Source: Azolla caroliniana
Taxonomy: Eukaryota > Plantae > Polypodiophyta
DNA length: 64,000 nt
Assembly: GCA_043228905.1 (NCBI GenBank)
Contig: JBHGNT010000003.1
Location: 15,562,001-15,626,000 of the forward strand
Direction of reading: 5' to 3'
Positions 47,801 to 58,934 of the stretch are shown in pieces. Position numbers and translations under genes: made by a program. The stretch's first letter is position 1, and each line of letters opens with the position of its first letter. The notes beneath the pieces are model-generated. The model was not told where the DNA came from. It searched no databases and saw only the letters and a list, made by a program, of their open reading frames with translations.

Positions 47801-49975
47801 ACTTGTTTTTGGATAATGGATGACATCCACCTTTGTGAAGTAGCCATACAAACCCCTCCTCGAATTTCCGTGTTGCCTATTGCGGGAGACCAAAACATGT
47901 CCCAATTTCCAAGTAGAATAGAACCATAACGAGAAATTCTAAAAGTATTTAAATGATGTTCTTGTATTAAAAGAAAATCTAGGGATCCACCCACTATGCA
48001 TTTGTTGATTTCTTGACGGAGACGATGTTTGTATCCTCTATATAAGGGCCCCCCTAAACCCTGAACATTCCATGACATCACTCGCATTTAAGAAAATTTA
48101 GGCTGTTGTGACACCATTTTCATGTTTTTCGTTAATGGCTCCAGAATGACCTCATTGCCATCTTGCTCATCGCTTATAAACCTGATAAGGGTATCGCATC
48201 ACGTAGCATTCTATAATGATGATGAGCTTTAGCTAATACTTGCCCTTCCGATAACCCATCTTCATGAATATAGGTATATCCACAATTGGGAAGGATCTCA
48301 AAGTCTAAGGCAACAACCACCTGCCTCCGCCCCATCACATAAGACACTAGCAAAAGTTGCATTGTGGCTCCCTCAAGTCCCCTTAATAATGCTTCCCCAA
48401 AATGGTCACAATTAACATATTTTGCAAAATGTAATGTTTGTTGTCTAACAACCAATCGAACATCCGTGGCTACCCATGTTTGTTAATCATATCCACAAAA
48501 AGGAAAGGAAAATCCTACTAGAGATTGCACAGATCTGAAAAGAACATGAACTCGTATTGCTGCATCCCCATTATCAACCATGTCTCCCAAAAATTTCAAA
48601 AAAACAAATCCATATGTGGCATTCCATCTAGTGACTGCAACATCACAATTATTTTCTACTAGGGAATTTATCGGGGTTGTGCGAATGAAGTTCGCATTCA
48701 GCCCCCTCAACCTAGATGACCGTTTTATAGATCTATGACATGATCGAGATGCATTCGACACTTTTAAATGTTCTTTACTTGATACTGTTTTTGTTTTACT
48801 CTGAGTGGACATAGTGAGGTTATTGATTGATTCAGTCTCTTCTCCACCAAGACTAGATTGTTTAGAACCCTTACTGATTTGGCATAAGTCAACATCATTT
48901 TGAGGCAAAGAGTTATCCAATTCTTGTAAGACTTCATAACGGCTTATATTTACGTGAGCACTCTTAGATTCTATGGTCTTATTGGGTATTGCGTGCCGTT
49001 TTGCAATTGGTTTCCACACCTCATCTTGGGAGGGTTGAGTACTTTTCCCTTTATCATCCTTGGAAGCTTGAACATTCTTCCCTTTCTCAATTCTTTCACC
49101 TAAATGTGATTGTTGCCTTTTATTCAAATTAAAATGATTAGCCTCTATATGTTCATTACTTGTACCATTCTGGGATCCAAATCCCTTCTTCTTTTTTGGA
49201 CAATCTTTTAATACATGACCTTTTTGTTTACAATAAAAGCATTGTCTGGGCATATACCTACATATTCTAATTTTTGCATGAACGTCGAATTCCCAGTAAT
49301 TGATGGTAAAAGTACCTAAGACGGTAAATTTTCCATTGAGGGAACTAATATCCGAATTGATGGGTATCCTGACATCTTTGTTTCTAATGCCTCCACACGT
49401 GGGGGAATAACCATACCGATTCTTGCTGCAATTGATGGAAGTACAGCCATATATTCCTTAGGAATTCTTGGGAAAACTACGGAAATCGGAATCAGCCAAT
49501 GTCCGGAACTTAACATTTGGACATTTTGGACGGGGTCAAAGCCCAGTTGCCATGGCATAAAGCAAGCAAATGCATTGTGAATATTAGTCATATTAGGCTT
49601 TAACATTATCACTATAGATTCGGACATGTCCAATTCTAAATGATAGAAACCATGTCCAAGGAATTAAACATCAATTATTTTGCCGATCCGATGCTGTAAG
49701 GCTGCCTGGAGGAGATCTCTCAAATCTCCTCTATTCGGCCTTAATCCTATAACCCTACACACGATTGAATAGGAGTGCAGATGACTTACCTCTGTTTTCA
49801 GCATAGCTTCTTCTTCTGGTGTGAAGACGACTGTGATAGCTAACCGTGGAGAGGTTGTTGGGGGCGCTGCATCAGAGTTCCCCTGGTATACCGTGTCAAC
49901 CATCTTCTTTTTCATCTTCTACAACGTTCTCTGTAGCGTTTTTGTTTCAGACTCTGTCTTTGTCTTCGATTGTAT
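41899..49975 (-). mobile_element. Near full-length degenerate L1-clade LINE (ORF1 and ORF2), interrupted by a DNA transposon
   Basis: ORF1 (~49915-48100) has a DUF4283-like region and CFYCKQKGHVLKDC. ORF2 from 48087 has APE motifs (SWNVQG, IQE, GDFN, SDH), RT motifs (LDFEKAYD, VRQGCPL, FANDT) and a zf-RVT-like C-terminus. Confidence 0.92.
44333..46203. mobile_element. Non-autonomous TIR DNA transposon with AACA...TGTT ends and a 4-bp TSD (Sola-like)
   Basis: 33-bp perfect TIR AACACCGGGTCATTTGAAACAGGTAATATGTCG; TSD TCAA (44329-44332 / 46204-46207). Removing the element restores the L1 RT peptide ...QRALTCFGFSK. Confidence 0.92.
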
Positions 49976-50094
49976 GTCCGTGTATGTAAAATATTTATAT
50001 GAGGGGTATGAATGTTTAAGTTAAGTTATAAAAGTGAAAACATTCTAAAGAAAAAATTAAAAAAATGTGGGTGTATGAGTGAGAATAGGAAAAA

Positions 50095-50368
50095 GGGAAA
50101 AGTACCAGGATACCCCTGGAAGTTCCAAATTTACCAAACTACCCCTATGTCCAAACAATTACACTTTATAAAGTAATTATACACTCATAAATAGGGTTAG
50201 TTCGGGTCCATTTCTTCCATCTTTGGTAAATAGGGCTTGTAGATTTGAGTGTATAATTACTTTATAAAGTGTAATTGTTTGGACATAGGGGTAGTTTGGT
50301 AAATTTGGAACTTCCAGGGGCATCCTATTAAATAGAAGAACTTCCAAGGGTATCTTGGTACTTTTCCC
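50095..50368. mobile_element. Mutator-superfamily MITE (foldback)
   Basis: ~90-bp inverted arms starting GGGAAAAGTACC; 9-bp TSD TAGGAAAAA (50086-50094 / 50369-50377). Confidence 0.93.
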
Positions 50369-51357
50369 TAGGAAAAAATGGGTAAGGAGTAGGGTTGAAA
50401 ATAAGAGAAAGTAAGCGGGGTAGGGCTAGAAATAGCAGAAATTAGGGGGGGATAGGATTGAAAATAGGAGAAAGTTGGGGACGGGTAGGGCTTAGAATAT
50501 AAAGATTTTTACAAGGGGTGAGTACATAAGTCGGTGACAAATATAACACCGTGTTATGCGATAGAGTGTAGGGTTGGAGTTACAACATGAATAGAAATGA
50601 AATACAAAATGCTAGCTACCATGTGTAGTCCCGGGCATATGAACTGCAAGAGAGATAAAGAGATATAAAAGGGAATGTATCACTACTAAACGTAGTCTCA
50701 TGCTTACGAACAATATATATTATACATACACATAGATACATATTACAAACAAACATCCACACACACATATATGCATACACATACAAATATACATATATTA
50801 CATATGTACATTCATATATTCATTCTTTCATGTTTATTCATGCAAGCATACATATTTTATGCATACATTACATATATATATTCATTCATTCATAAATGCA
50901 TACATTACGTTCACATACATACATAACATACATACATTCATACTAAACATAAGATTCCAACGTTCATGTTTTTTTTAATTTAGATTCTTAACACGTTTGC
51001 GTTCACAAGTGGAAGGATCGCGCATAAATGGAAGGATAAGGAATATTTTGGTTGATTTTAGGGCTTTTTCAATGATTTAACAAAACACATTGATACTAGT
51101 ATCATACATGTTCAAATATACTATGAAAAAGGTTAAAAATCCACTATTTTCGTGATTTAGAAGTAAATAAAAAAAGAGGAATTTCAAAAAGTTACATTCT
51201 CAATTTATATCACAAACTTTACAACCAATGTTATTTTATAAGAAACGATTTTGTAGAAATCATAAGAATTCAAAACACATGCTTTTATATTACTCGATTT
51301 GTTACAAGCGGAATGTAGTTACACTTTATAGCCAAAAATACATTCATGATCACTCCT

Positions 51358-54112
51358 TTACGGAGAGTCACTACTATAACTAATATACAATGACGATTCC
51401 TCCTCGTCATCCTCGGATGTACTCAGTGCATTATCTTCGTCATAAACCAAATGGTTTGACTCTAGATTATATGTAGCAGATCTCATTTGCCTTCGACTCG
51501 AGTCACCTTGTAGACCTGGTAATTTTTCTTTTATTATAACTATTGTTGACTTCCTTAATCGCCCAGCTTTTGTAAGCGTGAAGTCGTACACGATGATATC
51601 CACATCAGAGATATCAAGGGTCGAGGTGTTACAAATGTTTCGCTTCCTCTTCCTACCCCCCCTTGTTGTTGGGCATTCAATCATCTCTAATGTATACTTA
51701 CCTGTAAAAGCCTTTGCACTTCTAGTGTTATACCAATGAACATTTATAGACTTGATCGTGTTTTCTATTTCCTGCATTAGCACTTCTAGAATTTTACAAA
51801 CCCAAAATTGGTGGCCATGTGAGTTCTCATCAACTGGCGTTGCAATCAACATCCCCGCCGCTTCAGCTGCTTTGGTCATCCTTGGTCCCACATAAATGTC
51901 TCTTTGTTGTGGATGGACCAAATTGCCATTAATCGCATTTGCTAGTTGCTCCAGAGTTTTATTTACACGATCATGTTGTAGCGACCATGTGAATGGCGTT
52001 TCTAAATTCCAATTATCACCAAATACACAATTGTCTATAATTCCTTTCTGATCGCTAAAAAATAAATCCCACCATGACATGTCTTGTTATGCAGCATATT
52101 TCTTAGCGGCCTCAATATGCTTTCTTTTTTCTTCTAAGGCTTGGAGCCATAACCGTTTTTGTTCCGATACCAAGTCACTATGCAACTGTCCTTTCTTCTT
52201 AATTGCCATTTGTTTAGCTCCATGGACAATTGTACTCGGCATACAAAGTAATAACTGGCAACCACCTTCAGGTTCCCATGTTGTAGAAGATGAATATTGT
52301 TTAGCATAAAAAAGCATAGAATCACTTATTTCATTTTTCTTTATCATAAAAATGTGATTGAAGCTTATATTGTTTAACTTGGCGAGCACTTTAACATTCC
52401 CAACACCCCCATCTGATATATATCTCTTAAAGTCATATACCTCCTTCAAGTGTAACATTTTTGGGCGTGGTGTATATGCATCACAAATGACATCAAATAG
52501 TTTAGGTAATGTGAAAGCATCGTGCCGAGACAACTGTCTAGAGAATGTGCTAAACATCTTATCTATATTGTCATATGTGTGGCCAACCAAAAGAAAATTG
52601 ACTTTCACTTTTCTAAACAATCCTTGGTTGACCAACATACTTAGATAGCCAAACATAGTTGAATTTTTGTTCTCTCTAGCAATATTGTCCAATTGAATGT
52701 ATAGAACAAGGGGGGAACGGTTGGCCCCAAGACATCAAAACTCGGTGAATCACTGTAACTATTAGGTTAGGGTCATTGTGAACATTGGGGTATGTAATGA
52801 AGACGTGAGGTCCAACTAGCCTATTATAAGCCAAGCATCCCACCAAGTGCATTTGAACAAGGCACTCATCATTGACGTCTTTGGGAACCCTCCACATATG
52901 CGGCAAGCACGTCTTCTTCTGGTCCATGCCATCTATCATTAAACACATGTATTGTTCGGGCCTATTCAAACACTTCTCCCTATGATGCATCGCCTTCTTT
53001 CATTCTAACAATTGTGCCTCACGATGCTCCTGTAGTAACTTCTTACTCATATCCTTTTCCATTGATGTCTTTGCACCTTTAGCCAAACTTTTAAGATTTG
53101 CACAAATGGAGCAATACCCCATGCGTACTTTACGTGGAATGATAACATTTGAAAACCGAGCTCTCCATAATCTTGTGAATTGGCTATATGTGATAGACTT
53201 ATTACGTGAGCCCACCATATCAGATCGATAAACATCATAAACTTCCTGACATGTGTAATTATCAGAGAGGTGCATCCTACCTGTAGTGGGCATTACTTCA
53301 CAATTTAACTGAAAGTAACTTTTCATCCAACCAATAGCATGTCTTCCAATTGCACCTTTCATACTTGGAACCTCTTTACAGTTGAGCATCTGATCCCCGC
53401 TAAGTAGACGTTGTTGTACTCTATGTAGCCGCATGTTACTAACACATAACGCAATTTTGAATGCAACTCTACATATCTGTTGCGCATGGAAGATATAATA
53501 CTCGAATGATACTTTTATCCCCGTACATTTGTCAAACACTAGTTGCATATGTGACTCGGGGTAAGTGTCTTGCTCATCACAAGTCATCGAAAAATAGTAT
53601 CACCTTAATTGTCGCAACTTTGATTTTCCAATCATAGACATACAACCACGGGCACAACATATTTTGTTGACATCAAATCCAATCTCCTTATCTGATGTCG
53701 CCAAGTTAAATCTAGCCAGATGAATTCTTCATGGGATTCTTCTAATATGCATAGGGCTTCCAGATTTCTTTTCCTACATAGAAGTTGGTGTAACCTTGTT
53801 ACTATCAAATTCTTTGTTGTGACCATCGCCCATGATATTCGATGTTTGATTGGCACTACCTTCATTCTCCGTATCTTTATTAATATCGTATTCATCAATA
53901 GAGAACTCTTCACATGTGTCATTATTCACAGGCGCTGTAGGTGAAGATGAGCTCAAACAATATTCTTCGATAGACAATGGTGAGTCTGTCGATAGACAAT
54001 ATTCTTCGATAGAAAATGGTGAGTCTGTCGACAAACAATACTCTTCGGTAGAAAATGAGGAGTCTAATGACAAACAATATTCTTCAATCGAGAATGGTGA
54101 GTCTTCACTCAT
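51358..54112 (-). pseudogene. Sola1-like (DUF7869-type) DDD transposase, disrupted by stops and frameshifts
   Basis: Cys-rich N-terminus (CCARGC, ICRVAFKIAL, GYCSIC), then MIDGMDQ, QLDNIARENKN and FLLVGHTYDNIDKMFS, which match the catalytic motifs of Sola1/DUF7869-type transposases. Confidence 0.8.
53947..54110 (-). repeat. Four 39-bp in-frame tandem repeats encoding (SIEEYCLSTDSPF)n at the transposase N-terminus
   Basis: Visible in ORF 53774-54112. Confidence 0.9.
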
Positions 54113-54584
54113 GGCTTAAGGTCCACACAGAGCTCTTGAAGTTGTGCTTAGGCTAACATTAAAAACTGATAAGCTCCTCTCTAAACATAAACTCCTCTCT
54201 AAACAGAAGCTCCCTCAATATAATGTCTATATTATTTAATATTATATTAATACAATAAATAAAGATATTATTTTTAATATAATAATTATATTCAACATAT
54301 TAATAATTACTTAAAGTAGTCTGTATAAAGGTAAATCAAGTATAATATAATTACAATCATTACCAAACCACGTATATGTTGCTTTAAAGTTAAAATCATT
54401 GGTTAATTAATGGCACCCATATTTAATATAGAACTTCTCAATCATTGGTTCATTCATGCCCACCACTTTAAATATAAGACATTTCAATCATTGGTTCAAT
54501 CATGGCCACATCTTTACTATAAAGTAATTAAGAGTCATAAAAATGTTGTTTTGAGTATTTCAACTTGAAAATGAAATCGCATTT

Positions 54585-57503
54585 ATGTATGGCTGTATTC
54601 TAAGATTTGACTATGAAGATTCAGATTCATCCAACATACTTGTAATGATTGAGTGCTCTAAGGGGGTACGTAAAGTGTACCTTTCTAAAGATCTACTAGT
54701 AAAGGAATCCTGTGGGCCAGAATCTTTTAAAAAAGATCTAGAAAGCTCACAAAACCTTATTGTCACCTTGAGGCCTTATATACAAGGCCATGTAACTCTA
54801 AGGAAGCCCTTGCCCTCCCCAGTGAAGGCCCCGAAAAGGGAATCTAAAGTGCAATCAAGACCAACAAAAAAGAAGACCACTAAAATGTCGGACTCTGACT
54901 CATCAAGCTCAAACGAAGATAAGGACACTAAGGGGACACCAAGATCTGAGTTGGCATCGGGTGTGTTGTCATCTGAGTAGAATAAGATATGGAGAGAGTT
55001 AATGCAACGTAAACTGGTCAGAAAAGGGCAAGACTGTGTTTAATTTACCTATAACACACATCCATCGGCCCCCTATAGATGAAAAAACAGGACGAAGACC
55101 ACTTGAGATCAGAGAGCCACATCGAATGCATGTTCAAAATCTCAAGAAAAAAATGAAAATTAATCCACATGCTACCGTTGTGCCTTTTATTATTATGGTA
55201 GATCCCGAAGAATGTGAAACCATTGAAGATTTTGACATAAGAAAGCATGATCAATACAATTACTTTGTAATTGGTGGATCGCATTCGGTGGAGGCACGTT
55301 GGCAACTTGTGACAGAACATCCAACGACTTTCTTCTTCAAGTATGCCGAGTGCAAAATTTACGTGGGCCTCACAACTGAAGAGGCAAAGCAGTTAGCATG
55401 GGACCACAATAACTATAATTACTATAGGTAGAAAATGTCATCGATTGAGCGTATAAGGTTCTTCCACCATGAGTATTTGGACATCAAACAAAAGTTCGGT
55501 GTGAAGCTACATCCAGACCTACGATGTCAATGCTTGCATGAAGTCGGCATTGTGGTGGATGATAATGTTAACTCTGATGGTCTTCGGAAATATGCGTCCT
55601 GGTTTCAACTTGCCTTTAAAGATGGAGAAGTATGGAACCTACAAGATCAAATCTTCTCAATGTGGGAGACTAAGGAGGTCAAGGGTCAACGACAAAAGAA
55701 ATGTAAGGTAGACCCTCAACTAGAATTGAAGTCACAAACGGCCAAGAAAATTGATTTGACAATTGAAGAAGCGGTTGACGACATGAAGTTGTCTCTATGG
55801 AGAGCGATGCAAGGTATTAAGGACGAGCAGCTTCTTGTGTCTGTTTTGTCAAGGGTTGTGGCGAAAGATTTAAGCCTTGAAGAAATGGTCACTGAGTTCA
55901 ATAAGTAAGTATTTCAAATAGTGATATTGAATTCAATATAGTGCAATTGAAAGTTCTAATCTCGTTTTCTAATTTCATAGTCATAAGGTGTACATGAAGA
56001 TCCAAGAAGTTATGATGAAACAACTTGGATGTATAACTTGGGAACAAGTGACCGAGGATTATCCTCTAATGTCTTCATATAAGGCGTTATCAGGGTATTT
56101 TATTGCATTCAAGGATTGGGTTAGTATTGGTGATTTTTCATTAAGCTTTCCCCATATATCCGAGTAGAGGTTGTGTAATTATACTTGATGTCTTATTGCT
56201 TCTATTAGAAACTGTATCGTGGCAAGAAACAAGGAGAAGTTAAGGATTTACATGATTTCCTGACATCCTTCCTTGCACATCTCGAGAGAGATAGAAAAGA
56301 AAAGGATCATCGCTTAGTCAAGGTGTATGAAATTGAGGAAGATGGCTCCTTCAAAAAATTTAGCCACAAAAAGGATATTACGAGAGATCTTTACTACAAT
56401 GTGGTTTGCGGCAATGTCGTTGACATGATCCAAAAAGTGCCAAAGAAGGAATATACGCTAACGATTGCGGATATTCCATACGGATTTCGAATGGCAGGGT
56501 CATCATAAGACGATGAACCGTTTAGGTTTAAATAGTTAGAGAAGATGGTAAAGGATTTTGCTGAGCTAACGACTGCATCCTTGTGGAGAATAATTGTCTT
56601 TCATAGTATGGACCAAGGGTACTCGGTAGCTCAAGCTTTGAGATCTTGTTGCCATGGCATCGAGAACCTTCAATGGTAAGGATTATTTATATGTCTCATT
56701 CACTATATTGCCTTTCTTAAGATTGTTCAATCTATTCTTAACTCTATGTAATATTTGTTATAGGATAAAAACCAATGTAAATAGAGGGCCAACCTTTCGG
56801 TTCATAAATGCCATTGAATACATTACGGTTGGCTACTTCGATAAAATTAAGAAACAAAGAATCAAGGAGCATTCTAATGAAGTGGGAGGTTCAAATCTGC
56901 CGGTATATCCAGCAGTGACACGGAAATTGTGACATGTCACCACGACGGAACGGGGACTTGTCAACCCATACCAAAAACCTCAACGACTTATGATGCACTT
57001 GATCGAGATGTTTTCTATAGAAGGAGATTGGATATTAGACCTCTTTTCTGGCACAGGTATTCTTGGAACTAGGTTATCGATGTTGAGATAACCAATACTG
57101 AATCTTTTTTGTTTGAGAACTAATTCTACTTGTTACTTTCTTCACAGGGACAACGTCTGCATGTGCATTGAAGCTCTTTAGAAACACAGTTGCATTGGAG
57201 AAGGATGAGGAGCAAGTTATATTTCTAAACATGAGGATTAAGGCTTTGTGGGAGTGCACAGACCAGGACGAGGAGGTCGGTGCAAAGAACCTCGCTGATA
57301 CCAAAAGATTTCAACCTGCTTCGCGAGAGCCTATTCCTCCGTTAGCCAGGGAGCCAGGGGAGCTAATAGAGCTTGATGATGAGCTTATAAAGGATATTTC
57401 GTTGGCTCGGCTAACAGGAGGAGAAGCCAATGCACATATAGCTGCAGACAATTCTATACAGGATGACGAAGAAAATGACATTGACGATTTGCTTGCTATG
57501 TAA
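54585..57503 (+). pseudogene. Five-exon ParB-like / beta-class N6-adenine or N4-cytosine DNA methyltransferase fusion gene, with premature stops
   Basis: GT-AG introns at 55905-55980, 56120-56208, 56676-56763 and 57057-57147 keep the reading frame. Motifs in order: YFVIGGSHSVEA (ParB-like), TIADIPYG (motif IV), QWIK, EYITVGY, NPYQKPQRLMMHLIEMFSIEGDWILDLFSGTGTTSACALKLFRNTVALE (motifs X and I). Start codon uncertain. Confidence 0.88.
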
Positions 57504-57931
57504 TAGACTCTTTTTAAAACGCGAAATGTATTGTTTGGAATTCACATTATTAATACAAATTTTGTGTTTTAGTTGGTGGATTCTATTCTTTATAATCTTC
57601 TATATGTTTCAATTTTATTTTTATATACTTGGTTAGTAGACTTATGACATTGCTTTCACCGCGTGCATTGTTGACTACCAAATTTATGGACAAACATGAA
57701 TTAGTTTAAATTGAGGCTAATTTTGGTCAAACTTTACCTTAACATGACATGGTCATAGAATTGTTGCTATGACTGTCCATGTTGTTATTATGGATCTTTG
57801 TCTTCTATTGTTAAAACTATTATGTTTCTCTTCCATTGCTGCTTAGATTGTGTAGTGTGTTGATAATGGTTCCACTAGCGTTATCCGCATGTTTTTATAC
57901 GCTTGTAGTTCCACTAGCATTATCGTTCGGA

Positions 57932-58208
57932 GCTTGATCCCGTGTGAATTACCTAAGGAATAGATTAGATCAATTTTAAATACAAGTATGAAAGCCTTAA
58001 TAGGTTTGTTATTTCCACCACATTATCCTAAAGTTCACTGTCTTACATTGTCCACAATTATATACATATGGTTTGATCCCATACGAACAAACTGCGGAAT
58101 AGATTAGATCAACTTTAAATATAAGTATTAAATACCTTAATAAGTTAGTTATTCCAATCACATTATCCTAAAGTGCACTATCCTACATTGTCCACAATTA
58201 TATACATG
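57932..58208. repeat. Two ~138-bp subterminal direct repeats in the Sola-like element
   Basis: TTGATCCC...GGAATAGATTAGATCAA.TTTAAATA...CACATTATCCTAAAGT...TACATTGTCCACAATTATATACAT occurs twice. Confidence 0.8.
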
Positions 58209-58934
58209 CGAGTATGGGTCAAAGTATAAATTATAACTCATTTTATTAGTATGGTTACAAGTACACCTCATATTTTTGTAAAACTTACCAAATTAATATA
58301 AGTTTTTAACTTAGTGTTTCCCATGTCGCACATTAGTGACATATTGAGCCATTGTTGAACTTTATTATGCCTACATTAATTTATCAACACGTCCAAACTT
58401 ATTTGAATTTCTAATGATCCCACTCGTAAACCTATCATGTATTTTTATATTTGCAAATTCTAATCAAGTTGTGGAACATGTGATACTAGTGCATCCAATT
58501 TTTGTAGAGAGGGTATATTTGGATAGTTTCAAGAAGATTCTACAAGTGGAATGCGCGATCCTTCCACTTGTGAATGCAAACATGTTTCTTGCCGCCTCCT
58601 CCTCTGCTCTACCTCCTCTTCTCTCCTCATTGTCGTCGTCGCCTCTTCTCCCCTTGTTGCTTCTGTCCTCGTTTTGCCGCCTTTGGTCTCGTTTTGTTGC
58701 CTCTATTATTGTTTTGTTGCCTTTATTCTCGTTTTGTTGCCGTCGCTCACCTTGTCATATTTCTTTTGCTCACCATTATTCTCTATCGGGGCTACCACAA
58801 CTACTCTACAAATATTTTACAGGTACACATAAGTACAAACATCATACATACATAATGCACCCATACATAAACCAACACAAAATTCTTAGACATACACACA
58901 CTCATGTACATACATACATACATACATAAACCAA

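Larger units (their letters stand above)
50990..58586. mobile_element. Two-gene Sola1-like DNA transposon (7597 bp) carrying a DNA methyltransferase gene
   Basis: 36-bp TIRs AACACGTTTGCGTTCACAAGTGGAAGGATCGCGCAT with 2 mismatches (50990-51025 / 58551-58586); 4-bp TSD TCTT (50986-50989 / 58587-58590); divergent transposase and methyltransferase genes. Confidence 0.92.

Noticed and set aside
54585-57503. Bacterial contamination or a host gene as the source of the methyltransferase
   Set aside because: It has four frame-preserving spliceosomal introns and lies between matching TIRs with a TSD, opposite a transposase
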